Below, piece after piece: positions 12,303 to 24,737 of a stretch of DNA of 64,000 nt. The DNA is from Mobula hypostoma. Its lineage: Eukaryota. Position numbers and translations under genes: made by a program. The notes under the pieces are model-generated. The model worked only from the letters and a program-made list of their open reading frames with translations. It searched no databases and had not been told where the DNA came from. The stretch lies in the NCBI RefSeq assembly GCF_963921235.1, contig NC_086108.1:33358001-33422000 (forward strand), read 5' to 3'. The stretch's first letter is position 1. Every line of letters begins with the position of its first letter.

Positions 12303-12516
12303 TTTTTGTTTGGCGTGTGCATGTGTGTCTGCGTGTGTGTGCGTGCGCGTCTGTGCCTGTGTGTCTGTGTGTGCCTGTGTGCGTACGAGTCTGTGCATGT
12401 GTGTCTGCGTGTGTGTGCGTGCGCACCTGTGCATCTGCATGTCCGTGATGATGTCTTTTTCATGGCTTTTTACAAGGTGCGGAGTGAGAGAGAGAGAGAC
12501 TGTGTGGCACGCCACT
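12303..12516 (-). mobile_element. Short retroposed insert with CA-rich microsatellite inside Gypsy RNase H
   Basis: Flanked by a perfect 11-bp direct repeat caccacagccc (12292-12302 and 12517-12527). A-rich 3' end (aaacaaaaa) on minus. Splits the RNase H motif LALKWAVV|DKLSDYL. Confidence 0.75.
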
Positions 12517-15500
12517 CACCACAGCCCATTTCAATGCCAAGAACTCTGATTTGTGCGTGGGATGGTTTTTCTAAGAGGGCGACAAACTCCGGCTGACAAA
12601 CACAACAGGTCTCAACCCTATGCCCTGATCCGGATACAGGATACCCCCTAAGTCCTGTCTGCTGGCATCCATGTGCAGTACATATGACAATCAAGAGTCT
12701 GCAAAAGCCAGCACAGGCACTTGTGTCAGCATCTCCTTCAGCGACTGAAAGGAATCTTCACATTTCTCATCGCATCTCACTCCAAAAGACTCCGAAGGGC
12801 TAAGATAATCCTTACCCTCCTCTCCTCTTTTCCTCCTCCCTTTCTTCCCCAAGGGAGGGTAACCACACAGAAGCTGATTTAAAGGGTGACTCACTTTCGT
12901 GTAGCCTTTTGTGAACCTCCGATAGTGCCCACAGAATTCAATAAACGAGCGCAAAGCGCTCACAGTCTGGAGCCTTTGCCATGTGGTCACCACCTCTATC
13001 TTAGAACGATCCACACTACTCCACCCCATGGGACTACGTGCCCAACGTAGCTGACAGACGTCTCGCAGAACTGGCACTTGTCCAAGGAAAGTTTTAACCC
13101 TTCAGCTTTCAGACAGCCCAGCACCTTCAGTAGTCTCGCTTCATGTTCCTCCAAGGCGGATCCAAACACTATGAGGTCATCCAGATACACCAATACCGCA
13201 AGCAAGTTCATATCCCCCACTGTTTTCTCCATGACCCGCTGGGAGGTTGCAGGGGCTCCCGAGATGCCCTGGGGCATCCTTTCGAACTGGAAGAATCCCA
13301 GTGGGCATATAAATGCCCTCTTCTCTTTGTCAGCCTCACTCACAGCGATCTGGTAATATCCACTCCTCAAGTCCAGTGCACTGAACCACTTCGCACCACT
13401 CAGACAGGCCAGCACGTCTTCGATGCTTGGGACAGTGTACTGTTCAGGGATGGTGTGCCTGTTCAGAGTCCTATCGTCTACACACATCCGTACCTTCCCA
13501 TTCTTCTTTTGGGCCACTACTATTGTGGACGCATAGGGGCTTTGGGACTCGGTGATGATCTCAGCTTCTTTCAACTTACACAAATGCTGCTGAACGTCCT
13601 CAGCCTTACTCTGAACGGGGTGTTGTCGGTCACCCGGATAGTGTGGCAAGTTCTCTTGGAACAAACCACATCAAACTCACCACTATAAAAGACACCTTCC
13701 AGTTTCAACATCTTCTCTATGAACCTCCCCTTCCTACAGTCAGGTACCAGGGAGTCCCCAAACTTGTATGACTCAGGAGTCAATTTTCCCTTTTTCGAAG
13801 AGAGTTTCTCCCCAGCTTGTCTGACAGGGACACTAGACGTTACCATCACTGGGAAAAGATAACCAGGAGCATCGCCCCCCCGGAAGGTGACCTCCCTCTT
13901 TGTAGTGTTCCTGACAATCATTGCCATCCTGTTCACCTGTACAACTGAGGGCTTCGGCAGTCCAGGCCTCACCAGTACCTCAGCAGGTAAGCCCGACTCC
14001 TCTTCCTGGTCTTCTGGAGCATCCACCAAGAAGGCCTCAGGCACAGGAATTCTGGGAAATTTGGGGTTCCCATCACTCTCGCTACTTCCCTGGGCCGTAA
14101 CCCCATTGGGCTTTGACTGGGTGAACCACATAGTCCCTCGTCTAAGCTCATTATCCAGCCCAATGTGGCAACGCACTTCCTCAAAAGCAGCTCAAAACAC
14201 CGGGTGAACAGGCGATGTTTTCAGCTTTCTCCTTGCAGGCTCCCTTTAGCCTTCTCACAATCGGAGTATTGGTTCTGGCAAGAATTGAAACTCCAGCCTT
14301 CTCAATGGGGTCCGGACAAACCAGCACTAATGTATCAAGAACCTCAGCCACTCGCACATCTGCCTCCAAAAGCTCCAACTTCACTAACAAATAACCATCA
14401 TATGGATAATCACCCACACTAAGACCCCAGATCTCTACTGCACTGAGTGGCGTCTATGGTAAATGCATCAATACTGGTTGAAAAATGAACAGTGCAACAA
14501 AGTGACCTGTGGCCCTGCGTCAACTATGGCTCTAGCATAAATACCCTCTATCTGTAGCGACACACTGGAGCTTGACCCCACCAAACCTTCAGGAATAGGG
14601 TTTTTTGCTTTAGGGTACTTCTTGATATATTACTAGGAACGTTTTCCCCCCCGAGATGCCAGGCCATTCCCTCACTGGGTCTCTTCTAAGTTTTCCGACA
14701 TCTCTCTCTGCTTAGGTACGCGGGGGCTCACTCTCCGAGGGGTTTCCTGTCGTTCACACTCCCGTCTGAGGAATTCCTTTTCACCACAATTATAACCAGC
14801 CACCCCCCTTCTTGCAGGACCCCGGCTGCCAGCAGCCCTCTGCGTAGTCCGTCTCCTTAGAGGATTCGCCTCCCTATCAGCTTCATCATACAGGGCGGGA
14901 GTGGGGGGGACACACACTCGCTGATAACTACCGGGACGTCTCAGTTCTCGACTCTGCATGATCTCCTTTACCACTCCCCGGGGTGGGCTATCCCTGGTCA
15001 CTTCAATGCAGTTGGCTACTACCGAGGACCGTACCCTGCCGACGGAGCCCCCCTGCGCCTGCGACGCATTCTCCTCCTCTCGTACCTCTCTGATCACTTC
15101 AACAAACAAGGGAGGGGGTTGCGTCTTGTGAGACAGACGGAGACGTCAAGCAATCAGGTCCTGGGACTGGGCGCCTTTCGCTATTTGGTCCATTCTTAAC
15201 AGATCCACCTCAGCTGTCTGAATGGCCCCTCTACGCCACAAGCAATTTAGCTGCCTCTCAAGATGAAAGATGTAGGCGGAAAGCTTCTGCCCCTTCTCTT
15301 GACACATGTCCTGAAACCCCGTCATGAGCTCCATAGGGCTTCCCGCCACGCCAAACACCTTTTCTAGTGCTTGCATGAAGTGGCAAAGAGGTCTGTGCCT
15401 TTACAACTCTCACTACGTCAGCAGCCTGTCCTCGCAAACTCTCAACCAATCGCTGTCTTTTTACATCATCAGAGCACTGTCACTCATCCTATATCAACTG

Positions 15501-16672
15501 ATAGGTCTGCTCTGCCCAAATCTCATACTCCTCTTCCCCTGGCTATTTATTTGTCAGGGAGGTATGGGCGGCTACCAATTCAGAAGTCCCACTCTTCGCT
15601 GGGGGACTGATTAGACATTCCAAATCAGACCACCCCTTCCCCTCGCTCTGCAGAAATCAGAGCAACCTGTCTTTGAAGTCTCCGCTCCCAGCTACAGGAG
15701 ACTTGGCTTGCGTCTCGGCCCCCTCTCCTGCACTCTCCTCCCCCCAGAAAGTGTGGACAGCCCACGGCCCCAGTAGCACCAGGCAGTTCCACTGCCGCTG
15801 TGTCAGTGGTAGTCTGGACTAAAACCAAGTCTCTGCCTGTCATTTTATCAAACCTCTGCTCCACAATCATAACTGTTCCTACGGCTTTAACAGTACTTAA
15901 AATTCGAATTAACAATTCATCAGGGATGTGAATGTCTACCCCACTCAACACGCACACATTCGTTACCAGTAACCACGTGGAGTTGCACCACCGCTCAACC
16001 CCGCAGCTCCTATAGCCACATATCGTAATCACTTTCCCAGACAATAGCTCAGCACAGTCTTAAACACACAACCCACTCGATCAGTGCTCAGGGCAGTCAC
16101 ACAGCACCCAATAAAATTGATCCCGGATGAGCCACACAATGAAACATTAGCTGCGTAAGTCTATGGAATAGAATGGCTGGCCTCACCAAACGTGTGAGAT
16201 TGAGGTGTGAGCCCACTCCAAAAACCTCTGTGTGTGTGGCTGCCGCGTGATTTATTACCCTGTTACAAATAAGTGCCACAAAATAACAGACAGAAAGAAC
16301 AAAAAAAAAGAAAAGGGTCCATTTTAATGAAAGAGTCTAATGTGTACAAGCTGAAGCTCACGGTTTCCCCTCCGCCGATCCTCCTTCAATCTCACCCTGG
16401 GCTTCATTGAATCATGGTCCCGCTTTGGGTCAAATCATACGATCTCTTCTCTCCAGCATCTTCTCTCTTCATCTCCTTAACAGAAGCCCCAAAACCAATC
16501 TTAGTGTCCCTCACCAGAGCAACAGCCCCTTAACCTGGCTATCCTAATTGGATGGCACACAATTCTACCTCTTACCTTCAACAGTAACCCAAATAAGCAG
16601 CTTGCAGAGAACAGCACAAAATGAAATACAGAACAGCATAACAGTAAAAAAAATATGAACCAGGGCATTACA

Positions 16673-17350
16673 CTTCATTATCACCATGATTGTTGATGTA
16701 GATGACAAACAACAATGGACCCAACTCCGAACCATGCAGCACACTGATCACAGTCCTCCAGTCAGGGAGGAAAGTGTCTACTACCACTCTCTGGCTTCTT
16801 CCACCAAGCCAATGTCTAATCCAATTTACTGTCTTATCTTGCATGCCAAGTGACTGAAACTTCTTGACCAACCTCCCATGCATGACCTTGTCAAATGCCT
16901 TGCTGAAGTCCATGTAGACAAAATCAACTTCCTCGAAAAACTTTACAAAATTGGTTAGACATGACCTACCATGAACAAAGCTATGTTGACTATCCGTAGT
17001 CAGTCCCTGTCTATCCAAGTACTCATATATCTTGTCCAACATGCACAAAATGCTGGAGGAACTCAGCATGCCAGACAAGGCATCATCCAAAAATGCTGCC
17101 TGGCCTGCTGAGTTCCTTCAGCATTTTGTGTGTGTTGCTTGGATTTCCAGCATCCGCAGATTTTCTCTTGTTCATATATCTGGTCCCTTAGAATACCTTC
17201 CAATGACTTTCCCACTACTGATGTCAGGCTCACCAGCCTATAATTTCCTGGTTTGTTCTTAGAGCTTTCTTTAAACAGTGGAACAAAATTAGCTATCCTC
17301 TGATCATCCGGAGGATTCCCAGGATCTTCATATAACTGGTAGAGATTTCC
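16673..17350 (-). mobile_element. CR1 LINE, 5' part of the element split by the Gypsy
   Basis: ORFs 17063-17356 (PGNYRLVSLTSVVGK) and 16668-17090 (YMDFSKAFDKV...GPLLFVIYIN). Confidence 0.85.
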
Positions 17351-20300
17351 TTGCAATGAGCAAAATAATGGCAGGGGTCTGTGGTTTAATCAGGTGATCC
17401 TTGGCACTTCAGCAGCTAATGCCTCTTGGTACCATTTTCATACTAAATGTACACCTCTTAACACTTCCCACTCATCCATTCAGTCCTGGTTGAGAAAGAA
17501 ACTTCCTCCAAAAAAGCACTGAGAAGCTCAGGACAATTGTGAATTGTCTAGGAATGGCAACGATCAAGTGATCCCAAGGAGAAATTTGTCTCAAAACTGT
17601 GTCCTGAAACCACGAAGCAAGTAGTATCCTAATCCTATACAGAGGTTTGATTACCATTGGCAACACCTCCATTAATTGCTTGTCTCCATTAATCCCTCAT
17701 CTGTGGAAGCAGTTAAGAGTCAACATCTCAGAAGGTCATGAGTTAGGGAGGTCCAGTTGGTCATGGGTAACGGATTCCTGTAAGGACATTTTTGATTCAA
17801 GTGGGCTTTACAGCAATCCAGTAGCTTTGGAGTCACATAGCAACTTGAGTGAGATACAGGTGTCCCATCACTCCTGCCATATGAGTGACATAGTCCACTT
17901 GAATAAAAGACATGGTTTCTTCAATGTGTGAAAAAACACTCTTTGGGTGGAGTGGGAATCAGGATCAGGTTCAGACTTATCATCACTGACAAATGACATG
18001 AAATATGTTGTTTTGCAGCAGCAGTATGGTGCAAGTCATTAAAGCCCATAAATTACAAAACAAAATTGTGCATAAAAAAGTAGCAGAGGAAAGATAAAAG
18101 GAGGGGGCAACAAAGCCAATTTGAGCAATGTTAGAGCACATTCTGGATTGAGGGTGAATTGCGAAGTTTTAACTTCAGAAACTAACTGCAACCACTAACC
18201 TTCAGACCTTAACATGGTCTGTAGGTTAAATTTAAAATGCAGCTCTGGAAAATAGCGTCCTAGAGATGTTAATTGAAAAACCATATTATGCAGATTTACA
18301 TTCACTTTGGTTGTCTGGAGTGTGGGTGTGAAGAAGGAGGTGTGAAAGTTACATGTAATTCAAAGGAAGCATTGTAGATACATTGTAAATATAAAATTGA
18401 CCATTGAACTTTAGCATATAAAATGTCAAGTAATGTTGGGTTGAACAGGCCTCTTCCTCTGAAAGGATCTTAATATGATGCATGTGGTGTCTCATTTTGT
18501 TGAATAAAAGACGACTTCATATCTACCAGCAGAGTCTCTCCAGTGACTTTGTTCATTTTATAACAATCGCCAAGTGTACTTCATTTCCTAAATTACTGTT
18601 CTACATAAGACTAACAGATGGAAGTATTGAAATCACACAAACTTACACATTTGCATACCATATTTTATTCAATACATTCTACCTTGTGGTGACAAGAAGT
18701 CAGTGTCATGTTTTGTTCTATAATTAATAAAAAAAACTTTAAGAAGTAGAATTATGCTGGATTCGTCTCCAGTTCCCCAACTGGAAAAGATGAGATTTTT
18801 TTTCCATTTTTATTTTATAGACTCAGTATATTCATATTAGCCCAATGGCACACATTAAAATTAAAATATTACCTTCCAGTCATAATGGCAAAATAAAATG
18901 AGCACATTATTTGTGACAGTGTATGATGAAATGAAATCAGGCAATTATAGAATACTAGAGAGATTACAAATGTCCTTTCTGATGGTTTGTATAACTCTGT
19001 TTTAAAGTACATTAAAAGATTCTACATACTCTGGTATCTTTCACAGCACTTGGGATGGATTCTTAATGCACACGACCACTAATGGAATCAGTACTAAAAA
19101 AGGTCGTTAGAGCATTAACTTTGCAAAACTAACATTAGTATTCAGTGGACCTTCTGTGCTCCCTATCGCTTCAAGTGAAAACCATTAGTGAATCAGGTCC
19201 TCCTCCACCCCTGGTAACTAAACAGTGATCACCCTTGACCTTGTTGCCATGACGAAATCTCCATGCTGCTGCTACTAGGCAAAAAGACAGGGTGAGCCAG
19301 CAGCTCTTATTGCATCCTCTGGGAGGAGATAAAGGACTGTAGGATATGGGACATCCGCCACACCTAGCAAGGGTGTGGACTCACCATGCACACCTAGACT
19401 CTGTCCTAAACCCTGCACCTTGGTGCCGAGTGGCTGCACTGCTTGCCCTGGCCTGAGCACATCAGCCATCTCAGGAGTCGGCTTCTTCACACTGAACTGA
19501 ACTCATTTGCTATGGCAAGCACCAGGAGAGGGTTGTGTTTCATATCAGATCCCGGTCACTGCAGAACACCAAGATGGGTAAGGCAAAAGACCTCTGTAGC
19601 TTATTGACAAGCAAGATGCTAGTGTGCATTGTTTTAGATGGCTCTGTATTACTTAGACATCCTCTCTGGGGCCTGTTGTAAAAACTGAATGTAGTTCTCC
19701 TGCAGCAGTTTAATGCATACATTACTTTTGGTGTTATTATCTGAAGAGTTACATATTTGACATTGGCAATTGTTTTGAAAGCTTTATATAGTAAGTGCAC
19801 TTTGTCCTAGACCTGTAGTAAGGACGGATTAAATTCACCAATGAAGATTTATATATTCAACTAAAGGCATTACAATGTCTATTTTTTTCAGATACTTTCA
19901 TTAACATTAATGCAAAATTAAGGAAAAATATTCAAGGCTGCATTTTATCGATTAGTAATATCTATAGTAACACCACTTGAGCATTTAAACTCATGAAAGT
20001 TATACTGTGAATCCCGTTCGGTTATGATTTCCTCCTCCTGTTACACTGCTTTCAGAGAAGACTTCAGGATGTTTGAAATCAGGCATAGTGGTGGCGGGGA
20101 GAGAGTGTGAAGATGACAGCAAAGTATGCTATACCATGTTATCAGTAATCCACAGATTTTAATACATTCATGTCTATCTGCACAATGCAGACCTCTCCAT
20201 CCTCAAAGAAAGTCCCAATTCTTCTCCAGGCCTCCACTTAACATGTGGGGGTACACATACAAGTCCTTGCAGGAAGAAAGCATGCAATAAAATCACCACC

Positions 20301-20526
20301 CTGAATAAATATCCAAATTCCACACAACAATAAAGCCTCTTGATTTTGAGCTTCAGCAAAAAAAAATGTAAGAAACAAAAGGCATGTAAAATATGTAGCT
20401 CTAAATTAGACTTGAACTGGGCATGGCTTGCTGAGGTCATATGTTGCACAGCAGGTGTTGGAGAGATTGCCAGAATGTGACTGCAATGCGGCACTGATCA
20501 ACCTTTGGATCACACCCAACACTCCT

Positions 20527-22490
20527 ATAGAACATAGAATATACTGTGGAAGGGTACAGTACAGGAACAGGCCCTTCGGTTCCCAATGTTGTGCCGAATT
20601 AATTAAATTAGTACTCAAATAGCCAACTAAACTAATCCCTTCTGCCAACACAATGAGCATATCCCCCCATTTTCCTCATATTCATGTGCCATGTGTCTCC
20701 TAAATGTCCCTAACTTATTTTCCTCTACCACCATCCCAGGCAGCACATTCCAGGCATCCACACGCTTGTGTAAAAAACTTGCTCCTCACATCTCCCTTGA
20801 ATTTGCACCCTCTTGGTTTAAACTCATGCCCTCTGGTATTAGATATTTCAAACCTGGGAAAAAGATACTATCTGTCTACTCTATCTATGCCTCTCATAAT
20901 TTTATAAGCCTCTATCAGATCTCCCCTCAGCTGATCCAGGCAGCATCCTGGTACACCTCCTCTGCATCCTCTCCAAGTCCTCGCCATCCTTCTACTCATC
21001 AATACTATTAAGGGCCCGCCCCAAAAAGTGTACTGTCTCTTTATGTTTGATCCACCAAGGTACAAAACCTCTCGTTTGTCTGGATTAAACTCGATTTACC
21101 ATTTCTCCACCCATATCTGCAACTGATCTCTATTCCTCTGATTTCTTTGCCAGTCTTCTATGCAATCCACAACACCACCAATCTTCATATCATCTGCAAA
21201 CAGCACGCGCGGCCGTTCCGAATGGTATCGATATGTGTTAACTAGGGGGCCATGCACAATCCTGATTTGATGGAGATAGCCGTGAGAAGCACGGAGGAAC
21301 ACCTGGAGAAACTTCTGAAATGCCCGCTTCGCTGCCGCTGCTACTGTGCGATCAAGAATCTCCGGAGACGAAGGCCCCAAATCATCCGCTTTGCCTATTG
21401 CCTGTTGCCGGGGCTGGGCTTGAAGCACTCGGCAGAGATGGTGCACGGTGCTTGGTGTCGGAGAGCTGGTCAGAGGCTCGGAGTTTTCGGACGGACTCGG
21501 AGTTGGACTGCGGTCAGATGCTTCCAGGATGCTGCATCGACAAATTTGCGACGCTGGAGGTTTACCGTCTGTGTGAGGTGATGGGACTTTTGAGAGACTT
21601 TGAGACTTTTACCGTGCCCATGATCTGTTCTTATCAAATTACGGTATTGCTTTGCACTGTTGCAACTAAATGTTATAATTATGTAGTTTTTGTCAGTTTT
21701 TCAGTCGGTTTGTCATGTGTTTCTGTGATATCATTCTGGAGAAACATTGTATCATTTCTTAATGCATGCATTACTAAATGACAATAAAAGAGGACTGTGT
21801 GTCCTCATAATGTAATGTAATCTAATCTAATCTAAACTTACTAACCCATCCATCTACATTTTCATTCAGGTCATTTATATAGATCACAGAGAGCAGAGCT
21901 CCCTGTGGAATACCACCAATCACAGACATCCTGCTAGAATAAGTCCCTTTAACCACTACCATCTATCTTCTCTGGGCGAGCCAGTTCTGAATCCAAACAG
22001 CCAATTCGCCATGGATCCCATGCACCTTAATCTTCTGGATGAGCCTCCTAGAGGGATCTTGACAAAAAGCTTACTAAAATCCATGTAGACAGCACCTGCA
22101 GCTCTACATTCCTCAATCACCCTCGTCACATCAAAAAACTCAGTCAAGTTAGTAAGACTTGACTTGCACTGCACAAAGCCATGCCGGTTATCCCTAATTA
22201 GGGTGTGGTTTTCCAAATCCTTTCCAGTAACTTCCCTACCACTGACATGAGACTCACCAGTCTGTAGTTTCCAGGATTATCCCTGGTTCTCTTCTTGAAT
22301 AATGGAAAAACTTTAGCTAATCACCAGTCCTCCAGGACTTCGCATGTGGTTAGAGAGGACATGAAGATATTGATCAAGGCTGCAGCAATCTCTTCTCTTC
22401 CCTCTTTCAATAATGTGGGGTATATCCCGGTAGGACCTGGGGACTTATCTACCATAATGCTCTTTGAGACCCAGTATTACCTCCTCCTTT
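20527..22490 (-). mobile_element. Degraded CR1 LINE
   Basis: ORF 21956-22216 (HGFVQCKSSLTNL..YMDFSK), FADDMKIGGVVD near 21190, and LRGDLIEAYKIMRGIDRVD at 20868-20940. Confidence 0.8.
21202..21833 (+). mobile_element. Non-autonomous retroposon with (TAATC)n tail, inserted in the CR1
   Basis: Near-identical to the reverse complement of 34102-34728, with a partial 3' copy at about 29980-30137. AATAAA plus pentamer tail. The CR1 sequence catctgcaaac|ttactaacc rejoins around it. Confidence 0.75.
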
Positions 22491-24737
22491 ACTTTTATAC
22501 TCCTCCCTCTTTATTCTGTATATGTGCCAGAGTCTTGGCAAAAATACAAAAAGAACTGCATGTGTGGGAAATCTCAAAGAAAAACAGAAAATGCTGAAAA
22601 TACTCAATGGGTCAGGCAGTATCTGTGGAGAGAAACAAAGTCAAACTTTCAAGCTGATAAACTGATAAAAAGTGAAATTGATAACTCTGTTTGCCTTTCC
22701 ACACATGCTGCCTAACTTGCAGGGTGTTTTCGACACTTACTGTTCTTCATTACAACATTATATTTCTGGTTAATAACATTGGAGTGGCTAATTAACTTGA
22801 ACTTAATTGTTGTTCCAGATCGCTTCTGTGATGGAAGAAAAATTTACATTTCAGATAAGAAAGAAAATCAAACATTTAATTCCTGATTTGATTTTCTTTT
22901 TTATCTGAAGTGATATGGGCAAGGAATGATAATGCTTCACTGATACAGAGCAGAACTGCACCTTGTCAACTGTGTTCACTGCTGTTCTGGTTTTGAACAT
23001 CTTGTTTTCTCCTTCATACTTTTACACCTCCAGTCACTTCAGCTTCACACTCTGGAACTTGGACTGTATACTCCTCTTAATTGGAACTCCTCTCTTTGCC
23101 TTGAAAAGCCTGAACAGTCAGCTTACTTTTCCTCTCCTTCATGTCTTAATCTGATGCCTTGCCTTTTCACAAGGATGCTTAAATTTCCATGATACTGGGT
23201 CAAAGAGCAGCATGCTTACCTGATTATTTGATCGCTGTTCCCACTTGCTATGTGTGAGAGCTTAAATGCATTCGCGTGACTGGCATTTTAACTGTGATAA
23301 AAATAATTCATCATCTGCAAGCATAAAAAATGCCCTAAATTTCAGTCTTCACCAATCAGTCTCTACGAAAGGAATGTTGTGTTTCACTGTGCTAAACATG
23401 CTAAATAAATGGAAACCATCAAGCCAGGATTTTCACAGAACTGATAAAAATTTGGTGTTCCTCCCAATAATTTGCAAATAATATATAGCATGGTTAACAT
23501 AAGTTGTTATTTGTACTGGAAACTTTTGAGATCCTTTGTATTGTAATACTCATTGAAATACTTCTTCCTCATTATTTTTCAGGGTCTGGGCATCATCAGC
23601 AAGGCCAGCATTTATTGCAGACCCCTACATGTCCTTGACGGTGGCTTGCTGGGTCATTTCCGATCATAAACAGGAATCAATTATATTTCTGTGGGTTTGG
23701 AATCACAGATATAATGGACCAGGTAAGGATGCTAGATATTTTCCTTTGAGGAATATTAATGCACTGCGTGGAATTTTATGATAATCTAATAGTTTTTAAG
23801 ATTAGCTGTTTCTTAAATTTTCCAGATTATTAATGTGAATTTACTAGAAGTGTGAAGCTGAATGAACTCACCATTGTTATTCTGTCATCTGGGGTATCAC
23901 TCTCGTAATGCAATGATTGAACCATTAGCAGACTCCATCACCATGGCCCCGAGCCCCTTCATCGCCCCCTCCCCCTCCGTGATACTGTGCTGAATTAATA
24001 TGACCACGATCATTTCTGCCCTTGACACAGAAGCAAATCTAAAGTTAAGGGCAGTGTTGATCATGGCCATATTAATTCAGTGATTTATAGTGAAGGAAGA
24101 GGAGTACTAACACTCCAACAAGTCAGAACAACAACTTGATAGCAGTCATACGATCAATGTTTCTGGTTGAGATGCTTCATTAACACCAGTCCAGATTAAG
24201 GGTTTGACCAGAAACTTCAACCATCTATTTCTCTTCACGGATGCTGCCCGACCTACTGAGTTCCTCCAGAAACTCATCTACTGCTCCATATTCCAGCATC
24301 TGCAGTCTCTTATGTCTCCATTCCACATGTGAATACTGACTGACACCAAGCTGAAGCTTTATCCTTTGCAAGTATCTTTTAAGAAGACTTCTGTAGTGTT
24401 TTACCTGCAATGGTGCACTCAGCCCAACTGGAGCCAAGGATGTTCCTTTAGATGGCAGTAACACTCCAGGTCAGGTTGGCTTCTATCAGCTCACAACAGC
24501 ACCTCCTTCAAACCCATTTGTGCTTTCATACCCTCTCGATTTTCAGCCATTCAGTCATCAGACTGCGCCACCAGCTGCACTGTCCTTTCTGTGGCACAGT
24601 CTGATTCAATGCAAATACTCTACCAAAGTTTTGGGCCCAGAGACATTTCTGCAATGTTTGTGGCCAAAGACAAAATTCCATCTAATTTCAAGCTGCAGTC
24701 TTTCCCCATGGATTTCTAGTTGCACGTCTGCAAGCCA

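Larger units (their letters stand above)
6698..16672 (-). mobile_element. Full-length degraded Ty3/Gypsy LTR retrotransposon with PNMA-like gag
   Basis: LTRs at 16140-16672 and 6698-7284 (TGTAAT...TTTCA on minus). tRNA-Pro-like PBS at 16120-16138 and PPT at 7285-7301. gag at 16044-14672, protease near 14520, RT 13664-12996 (YLDD), RNase H about 12690-12150, integrase 10366-9550 (HDDSGHLG, TTPYHPQG..ERFNRTL). Confidence 0.93.

Noticed and set aside
12148..12596. His/Thr- or Cys/Val-rich ORFs
   Set aside because: Translation artefacts of a CA/TG microsatellite.
21252..21781. ORFs of 109 and 153 aa
   Set aside because: They lie in a non-coding repeat, and the frames are not preserved in the paralogue at 34102-34728.
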